Position numbers and translations under genes: made by a program. From Acidobacteriota bacterium (lineage in GTDB: Bacteria > Acidobacteriota > UBA6911): a DNA stretch of 64,000 bases. The stretch covers positions 1,536,001 through 1,600,000 of the forward strand of contig OY761556.1 of NCBI GenBank assembly GCA_963664705.1, given 5' to 3'. Below, one piece after another: positions 48,887 to 60,000 of the stretch. The notes under the pieces are model-generated. The model searched no databases. It was not told where the DNA came from and saw only the letters and a list, made by a program, of their open reading frames with translations. Every line of letters starts with the position of its first letter. Position 1 is the first letter of the stretch.

Positions 48887-50170
48887 ATGCCAGATCGGAG
48901 TTTCTACGGCTGGAAACTGTTGGCGGCTCTATGGGTGATTGTCTGCATCAATCTGGCCTTTCCCATTTACGGCACAAGAGTCCTTGATGCGGTGATGGTT
49001 GAGGACTTAAACCTGAACCGTCAGACATTGGGGGGCATCTTTTCCCTCTACACGATCTTGTCGGGTCTCCCCGGCCCGCTGGCGGCTCTATGTGTTGGAC
49101 GCTACGGAGTCCGAATCACCATGTTTGCCGGAAGCTTGCTGGTTCTGATCGGCTCTCTGCTGATGGCGACAGTGGTCCGGAGCGGATTGCATGCTGCCCT
49201 GGCATTTGGAATCGTTGTCGGCATGGGTGTGGCCATGGGAGGAGTCGTGGGAGCTCAGGCTGGAATTGCCAAATGGTTCGTACAAAGGCGCGCTCTGGCG
49301 CTGGCAATATTCAGCACCGCATCGGGTGTTGGCGGTTTCATCGCATCCCCTTTGTTGAACAAAATTCTTGTCCTGTCGTCGAAGAACTGGAGAATGGGCT
49401 GGGCAATGATTTCGGCTCTGGCCTGCCTTGCTGCAGTGGTCTCAATCATTTTTATTAAAGAGGATCCGAAGGACCTGGGGCAATTGCCCGATGGGAGTGC
49501 CGCTGGTACTTCGACTCAAAACGGTGGCGGTCCCGGAAAGAATCCAAAAAAGTTGCATTTGACAGCCCAGAACTGGTCCTACCGGGAAGTCGTTTCCAAC
49601 CGATCCTTTTGGATCATGATGATTTGCCACATGGGCATGGCTTCCGGATATTCGCTCTTCCTGGGGCATGGCGTGGTTCATCTGATGGATATCGGGCATA
49701 CGCGCGATGCAGGTTCCTGGGCCATCAGCTTGATTGCCTTGACCAGCCTTATAGGGAAGGGAATTATCGCCGCACTGGGCGATCGAATTGAACCTCGATT
49801 TATCTGGGCGAGTTTCATCGCTATATTCGGAGCTGGCATGATACTCACGGTCCATGCAGGAACCACGCTTCTGCTCGTAGGCGTGGCTACGTGCCTCGGA
49901 ATCGGATTTGGCGGAGGCGTCGTCTGTCTTGCCACGGTGCTGAGCAACTATTACGGCACAAAAGTGTTCGCGTCCTTGATCGGGTTGTCGCTGGCCATCA
50001 GCACAACCTTAGGCGCTGTTGCCCCTTATGTGGCCGGGAGATTGTATGACAGCGGGCACGGGTACCAGGGAGTGTTCTATGCTCTTGCGCTCTGGTGCTG
50101 CATAGGATCCATCATTCTCTTTGTCATGAAATTCCCCGTCAGAAGGAATGGTTCGGGACAGGCAGTCTGA
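48887..50170 (+). CDS. MFS transporter
   Basis: About 12 TM helices; GRYGVR and LGDRI loop motifs; WFVQRRALA. Confidence 0.92.
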   Translation: MPDRSFYGWKLLAALWVIVCINLAFPIYGTRVLDAVMVEDLNLNRQTLGGIFSLYTILSGLPGPLAALCVGRYGVRITMFAGSLLVLIGSLLMATVVRSGLHAALAFGIVVGMGVAMGGVVGAQAGIAKWFVQRRALALAIFSTASGVGGFIASPLLNKILVLSSKNWRMGWAMISALACLAAVVSIIFIKEDPKDLGQLPDGSAAGTSTQNGGGPGKNPKKLHLTAQNWSYREVVSNRSFWIMMICHMGMASGYSLFLGHGVVHLMDIGHTRDAGSWAISLIALTSLIGKGIIAALGDRIEPRFIWASFIAIFGAGMILTVHAGTTLLLVGVATCLGIGFGGGVVCLATVLSNYYGTKVFASLIGLSLAISTTLGAVAPYVAGRLYDSGHGYQGVFYALALWCCIGSIILFVMKFPVRRNGSGQAV

Positions 50171-50262
50171 CGACATTCCCTTTGTTCACTGGGAGCGCCG
50201 CCTGGGCAGGGTTGCTCTTGCCGGTGAGACACCTAATGCCATTTGCTTTTTTTTGAGCGTTT

Positions 50263-50505
50263 TTCTTTCGCCCCTGGCCGGGGCTTGTCTATTTTGCAAT
50301 CGAGAACCAGGGGTTCGCTACGCTCACCCCCGGCTATTCGCTATCGGGCCTCCGGCCCTTATAAAAATCGGATATTTCTCCCAAACCGGTCAAGCCAAAT
50401 GGCAGGCATAGCGCCGAAGGCGCGCCAGAAAATAGACAGGGGTGAGCGAAGCGAACCCCTGGAATGTGATCAGGAATGACGGAACCCCGGCCAGGGGCGA
50501 AAGAA
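50263..50505. repeat. REP/BIME-like composite inverted repeat
   Basis: TTCTTTCGCCCCTGGCCGGGG / CCCCGGCCAGGGGCGAAAGAA outer arms and CCAGGGGTTCGCTACGCTCACCCC / GGGGTGAGCGAAGCGAACCCCTGG inner arms. Confidence 0.8.
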
Positions 50506-51029
50506 CGGCAATTGCAATAATAAATGAATGACATTAGGCGAGACGCCAGCGTACCCGGTGCGTCGTGATAAAAAATGGGAGTGCCACAATGTGGGAGTAA
50601 ATCCCCGCAGGGGAAAGCTTCCCCGAACATCCACTCCGTGGCAGATATCGTTTCGATGCAGAATCAGGCTGATTTGCCGATAGTAGACGACAATTAGTCG
50701 TTAATCATCAGAAGCAAGGCCGCATGATGATATGCAATATCGTTTATTGCGCATCGTGCTGGAACCATTATTGCATATTGCATCAAGCAGTAGGGATATT
50801 GTACGTAATCCGTAATACTGTTGCTCGCTGCAAGACGCTCGCTCAGGTATTCCTACCGAAATAGACAATCACTCATTGAAGAACCAATCGGCGGCTTATT
50901 GCTGACGACGCGATTCGTGTCGGATGCGGTATTTGAATGAGCCGTTCCATCTGTGTTGACAAATTGTTTTCGTGCGCTGCGAGCTGCTTTGTTGCCTCGC
51001 CCATGGAACTTTATGCTCCAAGGAGAAAC

Positions 51030-52643
51030 ATGAAACTCGAGCAAAAAAGATTGCCTAGATTGATCTTGGCTATTGTACTGTTGGTTTCCGCGTGTGCTAC
51101 CGCCTATTCATTCGGTTCGTATCTGAGCCAGTTCCTGGCCGCATACCCGACGTCAACCTATCCAAATGCGGCTGCGCTCAATACCTGTCTTCTCTGCCAC
51201 ACTACTTCAAGCGGCGGATCCCGAAATTCTTATGGAACGGCATGGGCTGCGGCCGGATACAGTTTTTCGGCAATTGAAAGTGCGGATTCGGATGGAGATG
51301 GCTACACGAACATCCAGGAAATCACTGCAGGAACATTCCCCGGTGACCTGTCGAGCCATCCAATTCCTGCCACCTATACTATTGGTGGGAGTCTCAGCGG
51401 GCTGTCGTCGGGCAGCGTCGTGCTGCAGAACAACGGAGGTGGCAACCTCACGCTCAGCGCCAACGGTGCCTTTGCCTTCGCCACGAAACTGGCCAGCGGA
51501 ACGGCATACAACGTGACAGTTCTGACACAACCTGCGGGCCAGTCCTGCTCCGTCACAAACGGAACGGGAACTGTGGGTTCGGCCAACGTGACCAACGTTG
51601 CGGTTGCATGCACATTGTTGACGCCAACTACCTATACTATTGGTGGGAGTCTCAGCGGGCTGTCGTCGGGCAGCGTGGTGCTGCAGAACAACGGAGGCGG
51701 CAACCTCACGCTCAGCGCCAACGGTACGTTTGCCTTCGCCGCAAAACTGGCGAGCGGAACGGCGTACAACGTGACAGTTCTGACACAGCCTTCGGGCCAG
51801 TCCTGCTCCGTAACAAACGGAACGGGCACTGTCGGTTCGGCTAACGTGACCAATGTCGCAGTTTCGTGCCAGTCCATTGTTGCTATGCCGAGCATCACCA
51901 TCACATTGCCAACCTCCAGTTCAACCTACACGACAAATTCAAGCCCACTAGACATCTCTGGGGCGACCACTGGCGGTGCCAATATCACCAGCGTGACTTG
52001 GGCCAACCTCACCGGAGGAAATGGCAACGCGACAACCACAACTTCATGGTCCACCTGGTCCGTATCCGGAATACCGCTGCAAAGCGGCATAAATGTCATC
52101 ACGGTAACCGCCAAAGATGCGGCCGGGAATTCCGGCACCGATACGCTGACCGTTACCTACAATGCACCGGATAATTCAGGGGACGATCTGTCCGGCATGA
52201 AGCTATGGGAGGGGAAATGGCTTAAACTAAGCATAGTTCGCGCCGGAAGTCGCGGGTGGGGAAGCACCGCATATATGGAAATTCTGTCGTGGGATTCAGC
52301 TCTGCGAATCCTCCGGACGAAGATATATTCGCCGGACAGCGACAGCAAATCCTGGGGAGTCACTGCATTGCCGTTGCGGTATACCTCGGGGGATCCTCTG
52401 CGGTTCCTGTTCACGTTCGATTTCGCGGGATACTATGGTTTCTCCGGCAGCCTCTCCGGCACTGCGGATAGCGGTGGAACGCTCGTAGCCGCGAAACTGA
52501 GAGCTCAGGGTGTTTATCTGTCGCGTGAAAAGGATGATCAGGAGAACGACGACGATCGTGAAAATACGAGCAGCATACGCGGAATCCTGATACAGCCGTC
52601 TCAGGTCCCGCAGCAGGTGCTCCGAAACGGCTCGGGCTTCTAA
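51030..52643 (+). CDS. Secreted protein with a CxxCH motif, Ca-binding-like DSDGDG motif and tandem Ig-like repeats
   Basis: Signal peptide, CLLCH, DSDGDGYTNIQE, two near-identical 86-aa repeats (258-bp period). Confidence 0.8.
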   Translation: MKLEQKRLPRLILAIVLLVSACATAYSFGSYLSQFLAAYPTSTYPNAAALNTCLLCHTTSSGGSRNSYGTAWAAAGYSFSAIESADSDGDGYTNIQEITAGTFPGDLSSHPIPATYTIGGSLSGLSSGSVVLQNNGGGNLTLSANGAFAFATKLASGTAYNVTVLTQPAGQSCSVTNGTGTVGSANVTNVAVACTLLTPTTYTIGGSLSGLSSGSVVLQNNGGGNLTLSANGTFAFAAKLASGTAYNVTVLTQPSGQSCSVTNGTGTVGSANVTNVAVSCQSIVAMPSITITLPTSSSTYTTNSSPLDISGATTGGANITSVTWANLTGGNGNATTTTSWSTWSVSGIPLQSGINVITVTAKDAAGNSGTDTLTVTYNAPDNSGDDLSGMKLWEGKWLKLSIVRAGSRGWGSTAYMEILSWDSALRILRTKIYSPDSDSKSWGVTALPLRYTSGDPLRFLFTFDFAGYYGFSGSLSGTADSGGTLVAAKLRAQGVYLSREKDDQENDDDRENTSSIRGILIQPSQVPQQVLRNGSGF

Positions 52644-52672
52644 GCAATTCTTCGAATCAGGCAAGCAAACCA

Positions 52673-52699
52673 GGGGCACGGTTCGCCGTGTCCCTTTTT
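52673..52699 (+). terminator. Rho-independent terminator
   Basis: GGGGCACGG-TTCG-CCGTGTCCC followed by TTTTT. Confidence 0.85.
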
Positions 52700-53231
52700 G
52701 CGTGTTGGAATCGGTGCGGACACCCCACGCGATGAAGATCACTTATATTTTGTAAAGGAAACTCCGGGGGTCCCTTTACCTTGAGCCTCCACGAGGTGTG
52801 AAGATTATTAAAATATTTTTAATAAAACCTGCCTGTCCTGAAAAATAAACAGTAAAGGAAATTGCAAAACAGATGCACCTCATAAGTCGGGGCGCAAAAA
52901 GCGACTATTGATAGCGTGGTTGAATCCATTGTGCGCGGCCTCCTGGTGGCAATAGTTCAAGCCTTGAATCTACAGGGATAGCGGCGGGAAGGGAATCCGC
53001 AACAGCCTGCCTAACTTATATGCGTGCAATTTGTCATTATGATAATTCATTTGATGCATGACTGAGTAGGGATCAACAATTAATGCGTAGCAAATTAGAT
53101 AAGAATAATGAAGTCGATCTTGTAGGGTATGAAAAAGCGAGGGCTGCATCTTACCGCTGGGCAGCCGAGATACACGTCTTGAATGAAGCGCTGGCATTTG
53201 AAACTGGGCTATCAGGCCTAAGGAGGTTCCG

Positions 53232-55811
53232 TTGAAAACCAAACTTGGTGTCTTGGCATTCTTCGTTTTGCTGGTGACAAACCACGCTGTCTCTCAATCG
53301 GTCAACAACTACTATCTCCCTCAGGTTGCAAACGGAACCTATAATGGCGGGAGCTTTCGCACGTCTTTCGTGTTTTTCAACAACACCAGTTCGTCGGCAA
53401 CCGTGATCATGAGCTTGACCAATGATTCCGGGAGCTCATTCAGCGTGACGATACCCGGGCTGGGAACGAGCAACCAGTTTACATTCCAACTGGCGGCGGG
53501 AGCGAGCCGGACGCTCCAGACTGATGGCACCGGGCCGCTGACCGTAGGGGCTGCGCAAATACTTTCGACGGCAGCGATAGGAGTGTCAGGCATCTTTACC
53601 ATTTACGATGACCAGGGTGGATTTCTGACCGAGTCCGGCGTTGGTAACTCATCCCCATTGACCGATTTCGTGATCCCGGTCCAAAACGGAGGCAATTACA
53701 GTACCGGTCTTGCGCTGTACAACCCGAACGCGACTGCTTCCTATACCGCGATTCTGCTTGATACAAACGGAGCCGAATTGGCACGAACCACAAAAAGTCT
53801 TGCCAGCGGTGCGCACTCTGCGTTCTTTGTGACGGGAAGTGGGCAGCTTTTTCCCAGCGTTGGGGATGTCCAGGGGACGCTCGTCATTCAAAGCACTGTG
53901 GCTATTTCAGCCGTGGTTCTCCGGCAGAGTTCAACGCCATTTGGTTTCACGAGCCTACCCGTAGTTTCCAAGTCATCCGTCAAGACCAGTCTCAATCTTG
54001 CCCAGGTTGCCAACGGATCGAATGGCGGAGGAAGCTTCCGAACTTCCTTCATGCTATTCAGCATAGCTTCGAGCACTGCCAACGTTACAATGGAATTGAC
54101 AAAGGATGATGGCAGCCCGCTCTCCGTTACGATCCCGGGTCGGGGCACCGGAAGCAGCTTTTCGTTCGCGCTTCAGAATGGAAAATCCCTATTCCTGCAA
54201 ACGGACGGCAATGGAAGCCTTTCCACCGGAGCCGCCAGGATAACTTCGGATGTCCCGATTGGGGCCACCAGCATTTTCACCGTGTATGACGTAGGTGGCA
54301 ATTTCCAGACGGAGGCCGGAGTTGGCGATTCGCCTGCCTTGACCCAATTCACGCTGCCTGCCGACTTGACCGGGAACTTTGACACGGGCGTTGCCTTCTT
54401 CAACCCAAACGCATCTTCGGTCACGGTCACGCTTCGATTCATGAATACGAATGGAGAAAACAACGGTCTGACGCCGCAGGTCACTCTCCCTGCGAAAGGA
54501 CATAGCGCCGCTTTCGTTTCCCAGTTCTTTCCCGGCCTTGGCAGCGTCCAGGGGACTGTCGCTATTTCCTCAACCTCGGCGATTGCGGCCGTGACTTTAC
54601 GACAGAATTCGGACCCTTTCGGTTTTACAACTCTGCCCGTCGTGTCAGGAACTGCGCCTGGAACCACGGCAACAAAAACTCTCTTGTCCCAGACTCAGAC
54701 CGGTGTGAGTGCCACATCCAATACCACGGTCGACAAAACGTTGCCATCAGGATTCAAACTGTCCGGAACGATATCGGGAGGAACGGGTTCGATCGTGACC
54801 GCACAATCCGGCAGCAATCTCTATTATGGAATTGTACTCTCCGGCAAATATGTTGTGGTTCTCCCCGCGGGAACTTACACGGTTAAAGTACTGTTCTCTC
54901 CGGTGAGCCAGACCACAAGCATCATGTCTTACAGCCGCCCCGGGCAGGTGCCGGTTTCGGCGGACACAACACTGGATATTGCGGTTCCAGTCCCGACTCT
55001 CTTTGCGATTTCGGGAACAGTTTCCAACATGGCCGGTATCCCTTCATCGGCGGTCCCTGAACTTGTGCTGACCACCAACGATAATTCAATAGAAAGCCTG
55101 ATCCCCATTACCAATGGCGCGTACCAGGGATCCGTGCCCGCGGGGTCCTATGTTGTCAGCCTTCAGGCGTTGGCTCTTGCATCCGGAGCATCATCGGAAG
55201 AAATGAATGCATACAACATTGGAACAGTGACCGTCAGCGGTATTACGACGGCCAACTTTGCGGCGCCAAACCTTGTGACGCTAAATGGCAGCTTCAACAC
55301 GGTGACGCCATGGGCTTCCCTGGGAGGCGATGTAGAGGCAACCGACACATCCGGACCGGCAATCGATCCTTTCGCCTACCTCGCTCCGCCCCGGACAAGC
55401 GCGGTGCCCTTCCTAAAAACAGCACTTTCATATCAGCTGCTGTTGGCGCAAAACAGAACTTACGGAGTGAGACTGATTCACTCCATTTCCGGCAGCAATC
55501 CGACGGTCGCGCTGGGAAGTATCTACCTCCCGATCACGGTCAGCACCGTAAATATGAGTGGAAACAACAGCTATAACTTCACTGTGCCGGCTCTTCCGGG
55601 GCAGGTTACCATTTCCGGACATGTGACCGATGGGACGGGAACGGCGGTCGCCCATGTATCGGTGACCGCATCCACGGAATCGATTACAGGGGCTTCGAAT
55701 ACAGGCTTTGCCGCGAATGGGACGACTGACAGCAGCGGCAACTATAGCTTCAACGTTTTGAGCGGTACCAATTACCAGCTGATCTTTACGCCTCCGAGCC
55801 CAACACCTTAG
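53232..55811 (+). CDS. Secreted beta-rich protein with a duplicated N-terminal domain
   Basis: AAGGAGG RBS before TTG; signal peptide; two ~230-aa copies beginning L.QVANG..GGSFRTSF; carboxypeptidase-regulatory-like C-terminus. Confidence 0.8.
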   Translation: MKTKLGVLAFFVLLVTNHAVSQSVNNYYLPQVANGTYNGGSFRTSFVFFNNTSSSATVIMSLTNDSGSSFSVTIPGLGTSNQFTFQLAAGASRTLQTDGTGPLTVGAAQILSTAAIGVSGIFTIYDDQGGFLTESGVGNSSPLTDFVIPVQNGGNYSTGLALYNPNATASYTAILLDTNGAELARTTKSLASGAHSAFFVTGSGQLFPSVGDVQGTLVIQSTVAISAVVLRQSSTPFGFTSLPVVSKSSVKTSLNLAQVANGSNGGGSFRTSFMLFSIASSTANVTMELTKDDGSPLSVTIPGRGTGSSFSFALQNGKSLFLQTDGNGSLSTGAARITSDVPIGATSIFTVYDVGGNFQTEAGVGDSPALTQFTLPADLTGNFDTGVAFFNPNASSVTVTLRFMNTNGENNGLTPQVTLPAKGHSAAFVSQFFPGLGSVQGTVAISSTSAIAAVTLRQNSDPFGFTTLPVVSGTAPGTTATKTLLSQTQTGVSATSNTTVDKTLPSGFKLSGTISGGTGSIVTAQSGSNLYYGIVLSGKYVVVLPAGTYTVKVLFSPVSQTTSIMSYSRPGQVPVSADTTLDIAVPVPTLFAISGTVSNMAGIPSSAVPELVLTTNDNSIESLIPITNGAYQGSVPAGSYVVSLQALALASGASSEEMNAYNIGTVTVSGITTANFAAPNLVTLNGSFNTVTPWASLGGDVEATDTSGPAIDPFAYLAPPRTSAVPFLKTALSYQLLLAQNRTYGVRLIHSISGSNPTVALGSIYLPITVSTVNMSGNNSYNFTVPALPGQVTISGHVTDGTGTAVAHVSVTASTESITGASNTGFAANGTTDSSGNYSFNVLSGTNYQLIFTPPSPTP

Positions 55812-55964
55812 GCGATGGGCCTCCCTGCGGTCCTTGAGATCGCACGGCAGAGTGCTGTTTGCCGTCCCGGACAGCTCGACACGGTCAGGCTTATTGGACC
55901 GGGTCGAGCTGTCGGGGCCTCCCCAGGTGATTTGTCGTAGCTGAAGAGACTGCCCCGCCTGCAT

Positions 55965-55997
55965 TTCCTGTCTCCTGTTTCCTGTTTCCTGTCTCCT
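55965..55997. repeat. Heptamer tandem repeat (TYTCCTG) x4
   Basis: tttcctgtctcctgtttcctgtttcctgtctcct read directly from the sequence. Confidence 0.8.
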
Positions 55998-56050
55998 TGC
56001 TCCTTATTCCTTGCTTCGTGGTAGATTTTACTGGAGTGACCGAGCCATTT

Positions 56051-56815
56051 ATGTCAGAGACAAAGCGTGTCGTGGCGTTGGGTGCAAGCAATCTCTCTCG
56101 AGGGATCAGCACGTTAACAAAGCTGGCTAGCGCAGCTTGGGGCCCGAAGACTCAGGTTCTGGCGGCGCCGGGATATGGGCGTTCCTATGGCAGCTGCAGC
56201 AGAGTCGGGTTCCGTACGCTTCCTGGCATCCTGGACTCAGGCCTGTGGCGGACACTTGATTCCATGCCCGCGGCCTCAACCAAGGCAATTGTGACGGATG
56301 TTGGGAACGACATCCTGTATGGTTTTTCCGTGGAAACAATTATGGCTTGGGTGGAGGAGGCCATCGATCGTCTGCAACGAATCACACCTGACATCACGGT
56401 AACGAGTCTTCCCCTGGATAGTATTCGACAGTTATCCCGCCTCAAGTATTTTGTTGTTCGATCCATTTTGTTTCCAGGCGGCACGACGCCGCTCGCGCGT
56501 TTGATCGAATGTGTCGAGGAAATCAATGCGGGACTTGCCATGATGGCTGCCGGTCGCGACATCCGATTGCTGGCGCCAAATCCATTATGGTATGGCATCG
56601 ACCCGATTCATATTCGGCGATGCTTTTGGATTTTGGCATGGAATGAAATGTTGGGTACCAGCGTGAATTCAGCGGATTCTATCCGTAATCTTGATCTGAA
56701 TCGACTGAAGCTGAGTTTTCTGGCTCCGGAGCATCGTTGGTTCTTTGGATTTGAGCAATGGACTCGACAGTCGGGGTATCTTCTTTCCCCAGGAGGTCGC
56801 CTTTGGCTGTTCTAG
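56051..56815 (+). CDS. Hypothetical protein, SGNH-hydrolase-like
   Basis: VVALGASN, DVGND and DPIH resemble SGNH blocks I, III and V. Confidence 0.7.
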   Translation: MSETKRVVALGASNLSRGISTLTKLASAAWGPKTQVLAAPGYGRSYGSCSRVGFRTLPGILDSGLWRTLDSMPAASTKAIVTDVGNDILYGFSVETIMAWVEEAIDRLQRITPDITVTSLPLDSIRQLSRLKYFVVRSILFPGGTTPLARLIECVEEINAGLAMMAAGRDIRLLAPNPLWYGIDPIHIRRCFWILAWNEMLGTSVNSADSIRNLDLNRLKLSFLAPEHRWFFGFEQWTRQSGYLLSPGGRLWLF

Positions 56816-57013
56816 TCCGTTCCCGCATCGAGCGTTCCTTCTAGTGCAAATAAACTACCATGCGAACAAACTAGTTGACCCGCATCAGAAAAACGATTAG
56901 GCTGGCCCCAAAGATTAGTCTGCAATTGGATGATTTTGGGAATGACTTGTCCATATGCAGATTTCCAGCTGTCGAGTGTAGGCTCTTAACATCTTTAGAC
57001 CGGAGAAACCCGA

Positions 57014-60000
57014 ATGCATAAGTGTCTTGTGGTGCGGGGCAGTATTGTCTTTTGGGCGCTGCTGGTGTTTTTGTTGGGCGTCCATTCTGTCGACTTAAAA
57101 GCACAGGCTGAAAAAGCAACCCTTTCCGGAACTGTTTTGGATGTCAGCGGCGCGGTAGTCGTTGGTGCCGCAGTGCAGGCAAAGAATGTAAAAACTGGTA
57201 TTGGCTACTCCGCCGTTACGGACGGACAGGGACGTTATATTCTTCCGGAAATGGCCGTGGGTTCCTACGACGTTTCCGCGTTGAAGGATGGCTTCCAGAA
57301 GATGGTGCAGACCGGAATTGTGCTGACCATCGGCTCGCGGCCTGTCTTGGACTTTAAGCTGGCGGTAGGCCAGCCTTCGGATACCGTCGAGGTCCAGGGA
57401 CAAACTTCCAGCGTCAATACCGAATCGGCCTCCGTGGGCGCGCTGATCGCACCTACGCAGATGGAGTTTTTGCCGCTCAATGGCCGTAATTTCACAGATC
57501 TTCTCAGCCTGGCGGCTGGAGTAGCGACTGTGCCTGCGACCGGGGGAGGCGGCGGTCAGTCCGCCACGGCCTACGGTCAATCCACCAACTACTCTGTTTC
57601 CGGTTCTCGCCCGGTGGGAATGGCCTACATGTTGGATAACACCGACATTCGCAACGCGATGGACCACGGAGCGGGCGTCAGCGTGATGGGGACTTCGCTG
57701 GGCATGGAAGCCATCCAGGAGTTCACGATTCTGACCAATACCTACAGCGCGGAATTCGGGGGGTCCGGAGCGGCGGTCAATGCCGTCACCAAGTCGGGCA
57801 CCAACGATATCCATGGTACGGCCTACGAGTACATGCGCAACAGCGCCCTGGACGCAAAGAATTACTTTGATGTCCCAGGCCAGAAGAAGCCAAGCTTCAA
57901 GAGAAATAATTTCGGTGCCTCGATCGGGGGGCCCATCAAGAAGGAAAAAGCCTTCTTCTTTTTCAACTACGAAGGCTTGCGCGCGAGCACGGGCTTGACG
58001 AGCCGCGCGGTGGTGCCTACTTCGTTGCCGGATCTCTACAAGGCCGGAGGCATGACGCAAAACAGCAGCGGCCAGTGGGCGGGCGCTTTCGGGCCCATCG
58101 ACCCGATAGTGCATCGCATATTCCAGATGTACCCGCTTGCGCAGAGTGCCTCTCAATGTCCCAATGTTGCCGGAATCAACTTCCTGCCGGGCACCGGTCT
58201 CTACTGCTCACAGGAAAAGCAGATGGGGAACGAAGACTACGTGTTGGGCCGCGTGGACTTCAAGCTGGGAACCAAGGATAGCTTGTTTGCCCGCTTTGCC
58301 AGGGAGAGCGCTTATCAGGTTCTGCCCTATGTGTACACTCAGGTGCCCGGGTGGCCGGAAGTGGACCACGAGCGCAACCAGTACCTCACCGTTGACGAGC
58401 AGCACATGTTTACACCCAAGATAATCAACGATATCCGTTTGGGGTATGTGCGGCTGTATACGCAGACGGCCAACGGCGGCATTAATGGAACCGGCACCGC
58501 CCTGCAGCAGGTCCCCGGAAGACAAGATATGGATTTTTCACCCGGCTGGGGACTGGCATCCTTGGGCCCCTCGCCTTCGAGCCCAAGCCGACCGGTTACC
58601 AACCGATTCAGCCTCGGCGACAATGTCTTTATGTCGCTGGGTGCGCATAGCCTGCGCTTCGGTGTCACCGTTACCCGCACGCAGCTGAATATGGTGTGGA
58701 ACCAATATTCCGGCGGCGCCTGGATTTTCGCAAACCTGGGTGGGGCTATCGGACCGCTGGGCGGCTCATTATACGGTATGCCACTGCTGGGTCTGACTGC
58801 GGCCGGTGACAGTTACACCTATAAAACGCCCGACGGGAAGAGTTATCCCTTCAATCCCAGCCGCTACTGGCGTCAGACCTATATGTCTCCCTTTGCTCAG
58901 TACGACTGGAAAATCACGAAGAGACTTACGTTAAATCTCGGCGTGCGCTACGAGTGGGCCAGCAACCCGACAACAGTCGGTGAACCGGTGTTCACAATTA
59001 ACAACTTGGATAAGCCGACGACGACCGAGGACAGCTTTGTCGCTGTTGAGCATCCATTTAACAGCAATCCCAACGTCAAGAATTTCGATCCGCGGATAGG
59101 CATTGCCTGGGACGTGTTCGGGAATCACAAAACTTCCATCCGCGCCGGCTTCGGCACGTTCCACGAACCTGTCACCGCGCGCACCTATGCCAATAACAAC
59201 ACGTCGTTCCGCCCGAACCAACCACTGTTCTTCCTTTTCTGGACCTCTGGTTTGTTCCCCAATCTGCCGAGCGATCCGCATCAGGTCATAAACAGCCCGC
59301 TCACGGGACCTTCCCTGGCAAATCAGCAGATTGCCTGGTACTACGCCCTCCCGAATACGGTAGATACGGCGCCTTACATGATGCAGTACAACGTGACGGT
59401 GCAGCATGAACTGGGAGCGGGAACGGTATTGACAATAGGCTACAACGGCTCCAAAGGCAAAAACCTGTTCCTGTGGTCTAATGCCAATCCTCCACTGGCC
59501 TTTTCCGATCAGTCCGCTGATTGGCAGAAGGCCAACGCTGCCAGCTGGCCCGGTGCCAACGGCTCCGGCCCGCGAGGCACAGTGGCCAATCCATTTGTAG
59601 GCATATACAGGAATCCCAACTTCAAGGCAGTGGAAGCAGTGACGCCTACGGCACACTCCACCTACAACGGCTTGCAGATCACGCTGAGCCGGCAGTTCGC
59701 CAAGAGCCTGGTGGGCACTGTCGCCTACACGCATTCCAAGTGCAGGGATAATGCCTCGGGCACCAACAGCTCGGAACAGGGCCAGTGGGCTGTCTATAAT
59801 GCCTACGACCCGGACTATGACAACGGTCCCTGCAGCTATAGTTCCGACAATGTATTTACTGCCAATGCGCTTTATCGGTTCCCTTTTAAGGGCAACCGGG
59901 CAGTGGATGGATGGCAAATTGGTACGATCATTACGCGATATACCGGCTTGCCTTTTAATGTCCAGAACCAGTTTGGGGGCCAGTATCAATCCGCAACGGG

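Noticed and set aside
50560-51020. Riboswitch in the long leader upstream of the CxxCH protein
   Set aside because: Hairpins are present but I could not match a known aptamer consensus; an Rfam scan is needed.
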